Source: Microscillaceae bacterium (GTDB lineage Bacteria; Bacteroidota; Bacteroidia; Cytophagales; Microscillaceae). From it: 49,016 nt of DNA. The position numbers were made by a program, and so were the translations under genes. The notes below the pieces were generated by a model that saw only the letters and a program-made list of their open reading frames with translations, made no database searches and was not told the DNA's origin. Positions within the stretch are counted from its first letter, which is position 1, and each line of letters opens with the position of its first letter. Location: contig DMXI01000559.1 of the NCBI GenBank assembly GCA_003483885.1, forward strand, positions 1 through 49,016. Direction: 5' to 3'. Of the stretch, positions 19,172 through 28,503 are shown one piece after another.

Positions 19172-22100
19172 ATGGCCGATAAAAAACTCTTTGCCTTGTG
19201 TGTAGGCATCAATGAATACCCAACAGGGGTAAGCAACCTGGCAGGTTGTATTGCTGACGCCGAAAACTGGAAAAACTTTTTGGAAACCCATTATCAAAAA
19301 ACGCTCTCCCCAGAAGTACTTCTATTGACCAACGGCCAAGCTACTCGTAAAGGCTTTATAGATGCTTTTCGCAATCACCTGGGTCAAGCTCGTGACGGAG
19401 ACACGGTTTTCTTTCACTACAGTGGTCATGGCTCTCGAGAAAAATCGCCCTCGGCTTACTTAAAGTTTTTCCCCGATGGAATGAATGAAACACTGGTATT
19501 GAGTGACAGTCGGGCTACTAACGAGGATGGTAATTATACAGGGCACGATTTGGCCGATAAAGAACTAGGAAAGCTTCTCGAGGAAGTCATTATAGATAAA
19601 CCGAACTTAAACTTAATAGTATCGCTGGATTGCTGCCACGCTGGTTCAGGTACCCGAGATGTTTCTGGTCTGGCAAATCCACGCCTTACTGGCGATCGCA
19701 CTGACGATGCTCGTTCGTTTGAAACCTACCTCCCTGGTATTTTTACAGGGGCAGAAGTAACCCCTCCCTCTAGTAAACATGTATTGTTGGCTTCTTGCTC
19801 TAAATACCAAAAGGCTTGGGAAACCAAAGAACACACGGGGCTTTTTACTACTTCGGCACTAGAGATACTTGATAAATATGGTACCCAAACTACTTTTGCC
19901 GATTTATACACCCGCACCCGCACATTGATGCGAAAAACCACCAATATTCAAGACCCTCAATTAGAAGTACACGAAAAATACAATGCCAACCAAGTTATTT
20001 TCACGGGTGGAACTTTAGAAGGGGCAGGTCAATACACTCGAAGAATTTACCAAGTAGATAATGTTTGGAAGTTAGATTTTGGGGCCATTCATGGTATGCC
20101 CAATGATAAAACTATAGAGCTAGCTGTATATGAGAGTGCAGATGATTTAAATCAGCAAAAATCTCTGGGCAATGCTAAATCCGTAGACGTAACCGGACAC
20201 AAAACTACCCTTGAGCTTGATTTTGAAGCCGATGCTAATCAAGAATACATTGGGGAGTTTCTCGCGCCACCTACACCTCCCCTTAACGTGTTTATTTATG
20301 GTGCCCAAGAAGGTCAAGAGTTTCTCCAAAAAACGTTTGAAAAACACCCCAGTCTGAATTTTACCTTAACCACCATGGATGATCAGGATGGTTATACTTT
20401 TGATGCAAAATACATCGAGCAAGACAACCCTCACCCCTATTTTGGTGAAGTCAAGATCATCGATAAACAAGGGCAATTAATCACTCCTAAGGCAGGAGAT
20501 TACAACCTTGTGGCTTACTTTGATGGCTACTTCTTATTGGACGAAAATAATCGCCTGATTAAAGGTTGTAAAAGTGGTTATGATGATGATCAAGCCATTA
20601 TCATATTATTCCAACTTCTGGACAAAATCGCCAATTGGGAAAATCTAACGGTCCTTCAAAATAAAGCACCTAAACTGAATCCTGACGATGTAGAGTTCAG
20701 CCTATATGCAGGAGAGAATCAAGAACAAATCGCAGGAACAGAATTCACCGCTTCTTTGGTGGAAGTAGATGATCCTGATGTACCTTGGCCAAGCATTCCT
20801 TTTGAGTTACGATTCAAAAATAACACGAAGCAAGGTCTACACATTTCATTGATATATCTGGATGATCATTATACAGTAATCCCTCTTTATAATGACTACA
20901 TAGAGTCTAAAACTGGCGAAACTACGCTGATAAGCGATGGGTTGCAGATATTAAGTAACAATAGAGACGAAAGTGGTAGGGCATATGATGAAGTGTTAGA
21001 TGAATATCGTTTTAATCAAAGTACAATGATCTTTAAGTTACTAGTCAGTACTGAGCGTCTGGATGACTTTACATTGGAACAAGCCGGCTTTGATATAGGT
21101 CATATTTCTTATAACAGAATACTGGCTTCAAGGGTGAAAGGTGGCATTACAAAACCTGTAAAAAACGATTGGTTTACCAAAACAATCCGAACATACACGA
21201 TACGTCAACGCTCCAAACTAAGCAAAAACGACTTAGCGTTAGGAGAAACCAAACAATTGACCATCAAAGGTCAGGAACAAGTAGCAGCCAATGTAAAGCT
21301 GAGTAGCAGCAATTCTGGCAGTCGCAGCGCTGACAAAACTTCTCTCATGATGAGTTTGCTCGAACAACAGGATGGAAACCTGATCAATTTTGATGGAGCA
21401 GTGGGTGGTACTAATGTATTAGAAATCAACGATGTTCAAGGCGATGAAAAACTCGCAGAAACCCCATTGGAACTCACCCTCAAAGAGGCGGTCTCAGATG
21501 ATGAGTTGCTCCTGCCCCTTACTTTTGACGGAGAACACATCTTTTCGATTGGTGAAACCCAAAGCCTGGAAAATGGCCATACCAACATTGCCATTGATGA
21601 AATACCGGTCGTAGAAGAAGGAAGCCGTAGTTTAGGCAAATCGCTCAAGTTGGCCTTTTTTAAAATCGCCCTCAAGCGCCACCCCGAAAAGATTTATCAA
21701 TTGGCTTGGGTAGAATATTTGAATAGCCAAGATAAAAAGAGCAAGGGAATTATCCAGCGCCATCGGGATAATGACGAAATAGCCAAAAAGGTAGCCAATG
21801 CTACGAAGATCTTGCTGTTGTTGCATGGCATCATTGGTGATACCGAAGATATGGCCATTGCTGTAAAAGAAATTGCGGCCGAAAAGGGGTATGATTTGGT
21901 GCTGAGCTTTGACTACGAAAACCTCAACTCTTCTATAGAAAAAGACATTTCCTGGTCATTGAAAAATCAACTCGAGCAGGTGGGCTTCAAAGCCGATGAC
22001 AGTAAGGAATTGCATATTTTAGCCCAAGGAATGGGCTGTTTAGTAGCTCGCTGGATGGTAGAACGCCGAGGAGGCAACCAATTGGTAGATCGGATGATTT

Positions 22101-22600
22101 TAGTTGGGCCTCCTAGTGGTGGATCGGTATTGGGTACTCTGGAGGCTTATCGCAAATTGGCCACTACAGCGCTCAGTATTGCCGTCAATGTATTGTTGCC
22201 CTTTGCGGGTTGGGCTGGTGGTTTACTCAAAAACATAAAAACCGCCCTTAAACAAGGACAGAAGCTTACCACTACGTTGGCCGAAATGCACGAAAACTCT
22301 ACTTTTATCCGGGATTTGAACGACAGCGATGACCCAGGAGTGCCTTATGCCATTGTAGCAGGAGATGTACGTACATATGAACCAAGTGATGGTAGCAGTT
22401 TCTCTAAGTTTAGAGAAAAGCTTTCCACCAAATTGGGCACTTTTGTAAATGGAGGCGATGCCAATGACATGATTGTGGACTACGCCTCGATGAAACAAGC
22501 GGGAAAAAATAGCCAAGTGGAGATTACGAAGGTGGTTTGTCATCATTTAAACTACTTTCAGGAAGAAGTGAGCCTGGAGACCATCAAAAACCTTTTGTAG
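19172..22600 (+). CDS. Caspase-domain (peptidase C14, orthocaspase-like) protein fused to C-terminal alpha/beta-hydrolase-like domain; ~500-aa uncharacterised middle region
   Basis: 1142 aa; N-terminal ~280 aa with caspase catalytic dyad His (FHYSGHGS) and Cys (DCCHAGSG); C-terminal ~300 aa with alpha/beta hydrolase landmarks LLLHGIIGDTEDM, nucleophile-elbow-like AQGMGCLVARW (Ser position occupied by Gly), VGPPSGGSVLG. Confidence 0.85.
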   Translation: MADKKLFALCVGINEYPTGVSNLAGCIADAENWKNFLETHYQKTLSPEVLLLTNGQATRKGFIDAFRNHLGQARDGDTVFFHYSGHGSREKSPSAYLKFFPDGMNETLVLSDSRATNEDGNYTGHDLADKELGKLLEEVIIDKPNLNLIVSLDCCHAGSGTRDVSGLANPRLTGDRTDDARSFETYLPGIFTGAEVTPPSSKHVLLASCSKYQKAWETKEHTGLFTTSALEILDKYGTQTTFADLYTRTRTLMRKTTNIQDPQLEVHEKYNANQVIFTGGTLEGAGQYTRRIYQVDNVWKLDFGAIHGMPNDKTIELAVYESADDLNQQKSLGNAKSVDVTGHKTTLELDFEADANQEYIGEFLAPPTPPLNVFIYGAQEGQEFLQKTFEKHPSLNFTLTTMDDQDGYTFDAKYIEQDNPHPYFGEVKIIDKQGQLITPKAGDYNLVAYFDGYFLLDENNRLIKGCKSGYDDDQAIIILFQLLDKIANWENLTVLQNKAPKLNPDDVEFSLYAGENQEQIAGTEFTASLVEVDDPDVPWPSIPFELRFKNNTKQGLHISLIYLDDHYTVIPLYNDYIESKTGETTLISDGLQILSNNRDESGRAYDEVLDEYRFNQSTMIFKLLVSTERLDDFTLEQAGFDIGHISYNRILASRVKGGITKPVKNDWFTKTIRTYTIRQRSKLSKNDLALGETKQLTIKGQEQVAANVKLSSSNSGSRSADKTSLMMSLLEQQDGNLINFDGAVGGTNVLEINDVQGDEKLAETPLELTLKEAVSDDELLLPLTFDGEHIFSIGETQSLENGHTNIAIDEIPVVEEGSRSLGKSLKLAFFKIALKRHPEKIYQLAWVEYLNSQDKKSKGIIQRHRDNDEIAKKVANATKILLLLHGIIGDTEDMAIAVKEIAAEKGYDLVLSFDYENLNSSIEKDISWSLKNQLEQVGFKADDSKELHILAQGMGCLVARWMVERRGGNQLVDRMILVGPPSGGSVLGTLEAYRKLATTALSIAVNVLLPFAGWAGGLLKNIKTALKQGQKLTTTLAEMHENSTFIRDLNDSDDPGVPYAIVAGDVRTYEPSDGSSFSKFREKLSTKLGTFVNGGDANDMIVDYASMKQAGKNSQVEITKVVCHHLNYFQEEVSLETIKNLL

Positions 22601-22711
22601 TAATTGAATTAATTTATAAAAGGCCACTAAACATTTATTCTGCTATAAAAAAACGAATTTCGAATAATGAAGGAAACTGAAAATGTCCAGTAGTACGAAT
22701 TTATAAATACA

Positions 22712-22748
22712 ACGACAAATGGCTCAAAAGCTGTTTGTCGTTTTTTAT
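22712..22748 (+). terminator. Rho-independent terminator after caspase-fusion gene
   Basis: acgacaaa ... tttgtcgt 8-bp stem followed by tttttt. Confidence 0.55.
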
Positions 22749-22807
22749 GTTGCATCTCATATTTAGAGGTTTTACCTTTCTACCTTACAAAGATCAACCT
22801 CGAAAAA

Positions 22808-23773
22808 ATGAACACCCCCATACGCATAGAATTGCCCACCATTTTTGGGATGAAAACGGTGAATGCTTATTTATTTTTGGAGCCTACTCCTACCCTCGTG
22901 GATTGTGGCGAACAAACCGATAAATCCTGGGAGGTACTGCAGGCGGCACTGGCTGAACATCAATTGCAAATTCAGGATTTGGCTCGAGTAATTATCACTC
23001 ACGCCCATGTAGACCACATAGGAATGGCGGGTAAAATCGCATCTGAAAGCCCTCATACCGAAATTTGGGTTTCTGAGTATGCTTACAATTGGGCAGTAAA
23101 TCCCCAAGAAATGAACAACATTCGCCAGCAGGTAATGCAAGAATATATGCAGTTGTTTCCTCAATTTGTCAATTCACCTTTTCAGCAAATGATGGTACAA
23201 CTATACAAAAAAGCGAGTTCGACCTGGGGCGAAATACCGAAGGATCGCATCAGAAAGTTTACACTGGAAGAGAAGCTGCATCTGGGTAACCTGGATTGGG
23301 AAATTATTTATGCGCCAGGGCATTGCAATCATCAAACTTGCTTTTACCAGCCCGATACCCGACAACTCATTTCGGCTGATATGTTGCTTTCTATCACCCC
23401 TTCGCCCGTCATAGATGTCACTCTTAAGCCTCCCTATAAGCGAGAAAAAAGCTTACATCAGATGATTGAATCGTTCCATAAATTTGCGGCCATGGACATC
23501 GATCAAGTATATCCTGGACATTATGAACCCTTTCAAAACCATCGCGAAATCATTCAAAAACAATTGGACCGCATCAATATGCGCAAAAAACAATGTTTGG
23601 AACTTATCAAAACAGGGGTTGATGATTTTTTTGTATTGCTGACTGAGCTTTACGGAAAAAGTTTTCCCATTCCAGCCATTCCTATGTTGGTAGGTTATCT
23701 TGACTTGTTGGCGGAGGAGCGCCTCATTACTACCAACAAAACCAAGCAAGGTCTTAAGTACTATGTCACCTAA
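22808..23773 (+). CDS. MBL-fold metallo-hydrolase
   Basis: 321 aa; HAHVDH (HxHxDH) motif and downstream His/Asp ligands typical of metallo-beta-lactamase fold. Confidence 0.75.
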   Translation: MNTPIRIELPTIFGMKTVNAYLFLEPTPTLVDCGEQTDKSWEVLQAALAEHQLQIQDLARVIITHAHVDHIGMAGKIASESPHTEIWVSEYAYNWAVNPQEMNNIRQQVMQEYMQLFPQFVNSPFQQMMVQLYKKASSTWGEIPKDRIRKFTLEEKLHLGNLDWEIIYAPGHCNHQTCFYQPDTRQLISADMLLSITPSPVIDVTLKPPYKREKSLHQMIESFHKFAAMDIDQVYPGHYEPFQNHREIIQKQLDRINMRKKQCLELIKTGVDDFFVLLTELYGKSFPIPAIPMLVGYLDLLAEERLITTNKTKQGLKYYVT

Positions 23774-23877
23774 TGATATAACCACAGCTTGAGTTAGGTA
23801 ATGGAGCAAAGATTGTGTATTTTGGAAGTGTCCCAACCCAAAAAACTCGTTCAGACTTACCCAATTATACATTATTT

Positions 23878-24834
23878 ATGAATGATCAAATTAAAGACAA
23901 AATCCGTGGAGCCATCTTTGGCCAAGCCATTGGAGATGCCATCGGACTTGGCACTGAATTTATGACTCAGGCCATGGTCAAGCACTATTACCCAGAGGGG
24001 CTGACTGAATACACCCAAATATTACAAGACAAACATCGAAAACGCTGGAAACCAGGTGAATGGACAGACGATACAAACCAAATGCTGTGTATTTTGGATA
24101 GTATACTGGCCACTAAAAGAGTCGATGTCAAAGACATTGCGCTTACTTTGGTAGACTGGGCACATCACGATGGACGTGGGTCGGGGCGCACTATTACTTC
24201 GGTATTAGGATCACCAATTTTTATGCAACGTCCCCACGAAGCTGCCAAAAATTATTGGGAACAATCTAATCGATACGCTGCGGCTAATGGGGCCGTCATG
24301 CGCACCTCAGTATTAGGAGTTTGGGAATATGATAAGCCCGAAAAAATCAGAATCAATGCCACCAAAGTGTGTAAGATCACCCATTATGATCCGCGCTGTG
24401 TAGGCTCTTGTGTTATGACTTGCCTGGCCATTAGTCGCTTACTCCAGGGCGAAACCGATATGGAACAACTCTCCTATAGTCTTTTGTTGGAAGGCGATAT
24501 TTTTGATCAACGTATTCGTCCTTTTTTAGCAGAACATTTACACCCTAACATAGCAGTACTCAATCTGAGCGATACCAGCAACCTTGGGTACACCCTAAAG
24601 GCGTTGGGTGCTGGACTTTGGGCCTTGCAGTATGCTCCCTCGTTCGATTCGGGAATTTCTACGATTATTCATGAAGGAGGCGATGCCGACACCAATGCCG
24701 CGGTAGCAGGCGCTATCTTAGGGGCCAAGTTTGGTTATGAGGCTTTACCCACTCGCTGGAAAGATCACCTACATCGCAAAGACTGGTTGATGGAGCAAAC
24801 CGAGCAACTTATTGCCCTGTTGGAAGCGGCATAG
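23878..24834 (+). CDS. ADP-ribosylglycohydrolase family protein
   Basis: N-terminal GAIFGQAIGDAIGLGTEF motif (ARH family), C-terminal GGDADTNAAVAGAILGAKFG metal-binding Asp cluster; ORF begins 23815 but MNDQIKDKIRGAIFG (23878) is likelier start. Confidence 0.8.
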   Translation: MNDQIKDKIRGAIFGQAIGDAIGLGTEFMTQAMVKHYYPEGLTEYTQILQDKHRKRWKPGEWTDDTNQMLCILDSILATKRVDVKDIALTLVDWAHHDGRGSGRTITSVLGSPIFMQRPHEAAKNYWEQSNRYAAANGAVMRTSVLGVWEYDKPEKIRINATKVCKITHYDPRCVGSCVMTCLAISRLLQGETDMEQLSYSLLLEGDIFDQRIRPFLAEHLHPNIAVLNLSDTSNLGYTLKALGAGLWALQYAPSFDSGISTIIHEGGDADTNAAVAGAILGAKFGYEALPTRWKDHLHRKDWLMEQTEQLIALLEAA

Positions 24835-25522
24835 GGACAATTTCGCGGTGAATGTCGTTGGTAAAAAATACCGTTTCGCGGCTTTGTCTTTCTTCAAAAT
24901 AGCTTTGGTATTGCCAATCATAGTCTATGCGGGAGTTAATGACCTCATCGTAGACATTGTGCATACCCATTACTAAGTCGGTAATTTCTCGTACGGCAAA
25001 CTGTCCACTTTGGCTACCCGTGATGTAATCACATAGTTGATTGTCACGCGCAAAGTCCATCAATAAGGGGCTGGCGGCTCGGCGTACCATAAAACGCAAG
25101 CCACAGATTCGAGCCATGGGAAAATCATTGACATCGTCGAAACAACAAGCAACTTGGTAAGGCTCCAGGTCATTCATCTTACAAAAATGCTCTATGGCTC
25201 GACTTTTATCGTGAATGCGAGAATACACCGCATAAAAATGTTCTCTTTGGGCAAATTGAATGGCAGTAGGATTATTGGCCCCAGTGATAATGGCCACCGC
25301 CATTTGTTCTTCATCGTGCTTGCGCCAGTAACTGTAGCGCATCATATTGGTACCCATAGAGTCCGCTTCAGTAAAGGAACTGGAGACGCCTACCCCCTTG
25401 GCTCCCAAGCTAAATACGCCATCCCAATCGAAGACAAAAGCTTTGATATCTATCAATTTTTCGGCAATTTTTTCGGCGGCCATCACAAATTCTCCCCCTA
25501 AAGATTCAAATTGTTGTTTCAC
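24809..25522 (-). CDS. HAD-IIIA family hydrolase, KdsC-like (KDO 8-phosphate phosphatase family) with N-terminal extension
   Basis: 237 aa; motif I FDWDGV (DxD), AIITG, collinear similarity to KdsC through C-terminus; overlaps convergent ADPRH gene by 26 bp. Confidence 0.65.
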   Translation of the reverse strand: MKQQFESLGGEFVMAAEKIAEKLIDIKAFVFDWDGVFSLGAKGVGVSSSFTEADSMGTNMMRYSYWRKHDEEQMAVAIITGANNPTAIQFAQREHFYAVYSRIHDKSRAIEHFCKMNDLEPYQVACCFDDVNDFPMARICGLRFMVRRAASPLLMDFARDNQLCDYITGSQSGQFAVREITDLVMGMHNVYDEVINSRIDYDWQYQSYFEERQSRETVFFTNDIHREIVPMPLPTGQ

Positions 25523-25597
25523 GATTTTGCTCGGTTTTGGTTTGGGCCAAAGTTATAAAAAAGTAGAGGGAAATTTGAAGAGAGATGTATGAAAAGA

Positions 25598-25660
25598 CAT
25601 ACTACTAGACATTTTGGCTAAAGTTGGCCGTGAAGATACGGCCAACGGCACGATCGCCTT
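25598..25660 (+). repeat. Copy 1 of dispersed ~60-bp hairpin-containing repeat (catactactagacattttggctaaagttggccgtga...ggccaacg)
   Basis: 36-nt identical core and conserved hairpin (ttggccgt/acggccaa) shared with inverted copy at 44311-44370. Confidence 0.7.
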
Positions 25661-25895
25661 CGTTTGTGTCTCCAGCATAGCTGTCAAGCTAAGGATTTTA
25701 TCCTCCTATTTTAAGATTTAATCTTTTAAAAAACGACCTCATCGCCTCCGCTTGTGTCTCACAAGCGGATCGAGACCTTGAGTAAGTGAAATTTAAGGAT
25801 GATGTCGGTTCGTGAAGACACAGAACCGAGGCGGAAAGAAGTAATTTTTGCAATAAGTTTTGCTTAGCCTGACGGCTATGATGTCTCCACAAACG
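25652..25895. repeat. Cluster of related palindromic motifs (ATCGCCTYCGYTTGTGTCTC direct x2, inverted variant, hairpins ccgcttgtg/cacaagcgg and cggttc/gaaccg)
   Basis: Direct repeats at ~25652 and ~25741, inverted related copies ~25807-25835 and ~25873-25894; non-coding 590-bp gap between HAD gene and ohr. Confidence 0.5.
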
Positions 25896-26053
25896 AAAAA
25901 TATATAGTAGTATGATGAAAAGAATACTCTTCTCCCGATTTGAATCCCTCTGCTTGGTTCACTTTCAATCCTAAACATAAGTGCTTTTTGTTATGGCTAA
26001 TTTTATCAACTTTTCCCCACATTTCTTTGATGTCGAAAAAAAATTGCACACAT

Positions 26054-26090
26054 TTGTATCGTACACGATATAATCATAAACGATACAATT
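26054..26090. promoter_or_regulatory. Candidate OhrR operator: nested inverted repeats (tttgtatcg...cgatacaat; tatcgtACacgata) 25-60 bp upstream of ohr
   Basis: Perfect 6-2-6 palindrome tatcgt-ac-acgata plus outer 8/9-bp inverted arms; AT-rich, overlapping expected promoter region of ohr (ATG at 26115). Confidence 0.35.
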
Positions 26091-26114
26091 TTAAACATTC
26101 AAAAAACAACGCAT

Positions 26115-26537
26115 ATGAAAGCATTATATGAAGCTCAAGCTACTGCCACAGGCGGTCGTGCCCACGGAAAAGTAAAATCATCGGATGGTGTATTGGATTT
26201 GGAACTACGCATGCCTAAATCCTTGGGTGGTACTGGTGGAGCATTTACCAACCCTGAGCAATTGTTTGCTGCTGGCTATTCAGCTTGTTTCGATAGCGCC
26301 CTGAACCACGTGGCTCGCCTACAAAAAATCACCCTTGAAGGCACCGAAGTAACTGCCACAGTAGGCATTGGAGCTTTGGAAGGTGGTGGTTTTGGCCTAG
26401 AAGTAGCACTGGATGTAAAAATCCCCCATGAAGATCGTACTGTGGCCGAAAAATTATTGCACGCGGCACATCAGGCTTGCCCCTACTCTAACGCAACCCG
26501 AGGCAACATTGAGGTGAAATTGACTTTGTTAGACTAA
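26115..26537 (+). CDS. ohr: Organic hydroperoxide resistance protein Ohr (OsmC/Ohr family peroxiredoxin)
   Basis: 140 aa; two catalytic Cys in conserved contexts GYSACFDSA and ACPYSNATRGNI. Confidence 0.9.
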   Translation: MKALYEAQATATGGRAHGKVKSSDGVLDLELRMPKSLGGTGGAFTNPEQLFAAGYSACFDSALNHVARLQKITLEGTEVTATVGIGALEGGGFGLEVALDVKIPHEDRTVAEKLLHAAHQACPYSNATRGNIEVKLTLLD

Positions 26538-26879
26538 TTTTTGGTCGATCGCTTATAGTAGTTAGTCCATAACTCCTGACAGCCAGTTAATTACAACCTC
26601 TGGCCATTGTCGTTTTCGCTTGTTTCCATATCAACTACTGATACTCTATGTTTATCATATATAAGAGGACAGGGATATGAAATTCGTAAAAGCTTTTTGT
26701 TAAATTTGAAGTATCAAATTTTTAATGATAGCTGCCACCAATTTCTAACTACTCAATTAGTAGTTGATAATGGGATAGCCAAAAAAGCCAATTGAGCCTG
26801 CGAAATCCCAGTTTATCGGGAAAGCTAAGGACCAACGGCTGTCAAACGCTATGGACTACTCACTATGAACTAAATAACT

Positions 26880-27332
26880 ATGAACCAAGACGATCTTTTA
26901 AAATTAGAAAACCAGGTTTGTTTCCCCTTGTATGTTGCTTCTCGCCTGATTACACGCGCATACCAACCCATGCTAGACGAAATGGGGATTACTTATCCTC
27001 AATATTTAGTATTGTTGACGCTTTGGGAAAACGATGGTCAGACTGTCAATCAAATTTCTAAAGAACTATACCTCAATACCAACACCATTACTCCTTTGTT
27101 GAAAAGAATGGAGAAAACAGGGATTATTGCGCGAACCCGCTCGCGAGAAGACGAGCGCAAGGTATTGATCACCCTCACCGAACAAGGCAAAGCCCTCAAA
27201 GAAAAAGCGTATTGTATTCCTGAAGAGATTTTAGGCAAGATGGGGCAAACTACCAGTGAAGTATTTCAACTAAAAGATCAACTCCATGCACTGATTAAGC
27301 AAATGGAGCAGATCGAAAATAGTGGTAAATAA
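26880..27332 (+). CDS. ohrR: MarR family transcriptional regulator, OhrR-like
   Basis: 150 aa; MarR wHTH; sensing Cys near N-terminus (ENQVCFPLYVASR) as in OhrR; adjacent to ohr. Confidence 0.8.
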   Translation: MNQDDLLKLENQVCFPLYVASRLITRAYQPMLDEMGITYPQYLVLLTLWENDGQTVNQISKELYLNTNTITPLLKRMEKTGIIARTRSREDERKVLITLTEQGKALKEKAYCIPEEILGKMGQTTSEVFQLKDQLHALIKQMEQIENSGK

Positions 27333-27334
27333 AC

Positions 27335-28330
27335 TTACTTTGCCTTCCCAAATTGTTCCTTCAAATAATTCGCAATTATTTGCTTTGCCTGGGCTGCTTG
27401 CTTGAGCATATCCATAGTAACAAATCCATGAATCATTCCTGAAAAGTGCTTATGAGTTACTTTTATATTCTTTTGCTGAAGCAATTGAACATACTTTCTT
27501 CCATCGTCATACAATGGATCAAATCCAGCGGTGATTACCAGCGTCGCGGTTAATCGATTAAAACGCTTGTTCAACGCTGGGGAGGCATAAGGATTTTGCC
27601 AATCTTGCACCTGAGGGACATACCAACCACGGAATAGCTCTACTTGATCAGTAGTCAATATATACCCTTTGCCAAACTTTTGGTAAGAATCATTTTTAGT
27701 CATCTGTGCCAGATTGGTAGCAGGATATAACAATACCTGAGCCTTCAGCTCGATTTTTTGTTGACCAGCTTTCAGTGCCACTGCTGCGGCCAGGTTTCCG
27801 CCAGCGCTATCTCCCATCAATGCCATTTGCTTCGGATTTGCACCGATTTTCTTAGCCTGTTGGCTCAGCCAGCCCACTACCGCAAAGGCATCATTGAATC
27901 CCGCAGGAAAAGGGTACTCAGGAGCAAGACGATACCCTACCGAAACCACTATAGCTCCTGAAAGTTTGGCTATAGTTCGGCAAAAAGGATCGTGGGTTTC
28001 CAGATTTCCTAAGGCCCAGCCACCTCCGTGGAAAAATACCACGACTGGTAAATTTTGCTTAAGCGAAGGCCAATAAATCTTTACAGGAATTTTGAACGAT
28101 TGATGGCTAATCGTTTTATTTTCTATTCGAGGCAATTTTTCTACGGTCATTTGCATTCGTCGTACTCCAGGGTCCATCATTTGGCGAAGCTGAGGCGCGG
28201 TAAACTTGCGAACATCCAACGTGTGTGTGTTGGCCTGTTTGAGTATTTGGGCTACTACTGGGTCGAGTTGTGCTTGAGTAACCGAAAGGGTGACAATAGT
28301 TATTAATAAAATCGCAATGATTTTTTTCAT
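27335..28330 (-). CDS. Alpha/beta hydrolase (esterase/lipase, HSL-like carboxylesterase) with signal peptide
   Basis: HGGGW oxyanion motif, GDSAGG nucleophile elbow, C-terminal His; ORF extends to 28423 but MKKIIAILLITIVTLSVTQAQ signal peptide start at 28330 preferred. Confidence 0.8.
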   Translation of the reverse strand: MKKIIAILLITIVTLSVTQAQLDPVVAQILKQANTHTLDVRKFTAPQLRQMMDPGVRRMQMTVEKLPRIENKTISHQSFKIPVKIYWPSLKQNLPVVVFFHGGGWALGNLETHDPFCRTIAKLSGAIVVSVGYRLAPEYPFPAGFNDAFAVVGWLSQQAKKIGANPKQMALMGDSAGGNLAAAVALKAGQQKIELKAQVLLYPATNLAQMTKNDSYQKFGKGYILTTDQVELFRGWYVPQVQDWQNPYASPALNKRFNRLTATLVITAGFDPLYDDGRKYVQLLQQKNIKVTHKHFSGMIHGFVTMDMLKQAAQAKQIIANYLKEQFGKAK

Positions 28331-28503
28331 AGGTACATGTTGTTTGCTATGTAAAACCAAAAATTCATTGCAAAGATGAGGAGTACTTGTTTCGTAAGCG
28401 TTCCAACTGATCGGGGCGAACAAATACCATCAAAAACCTGCTTTAAATTATTTTAAGGCAAGTTTTTGTTTTTTTAGCTACGACTTAAAATAGGGAACAA
28501 ACA

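Noticed and set aside
25640-25900. CRISPR-like array in the repeat cluster upstream of ohr
   Set aside because: The repeats are irregularly spaced, differ in orientation and are individually palindromic with variable sequence. There are no uniform-length spacers and no cas genes. This fits REP/MITE-like elements better than CRISPR.
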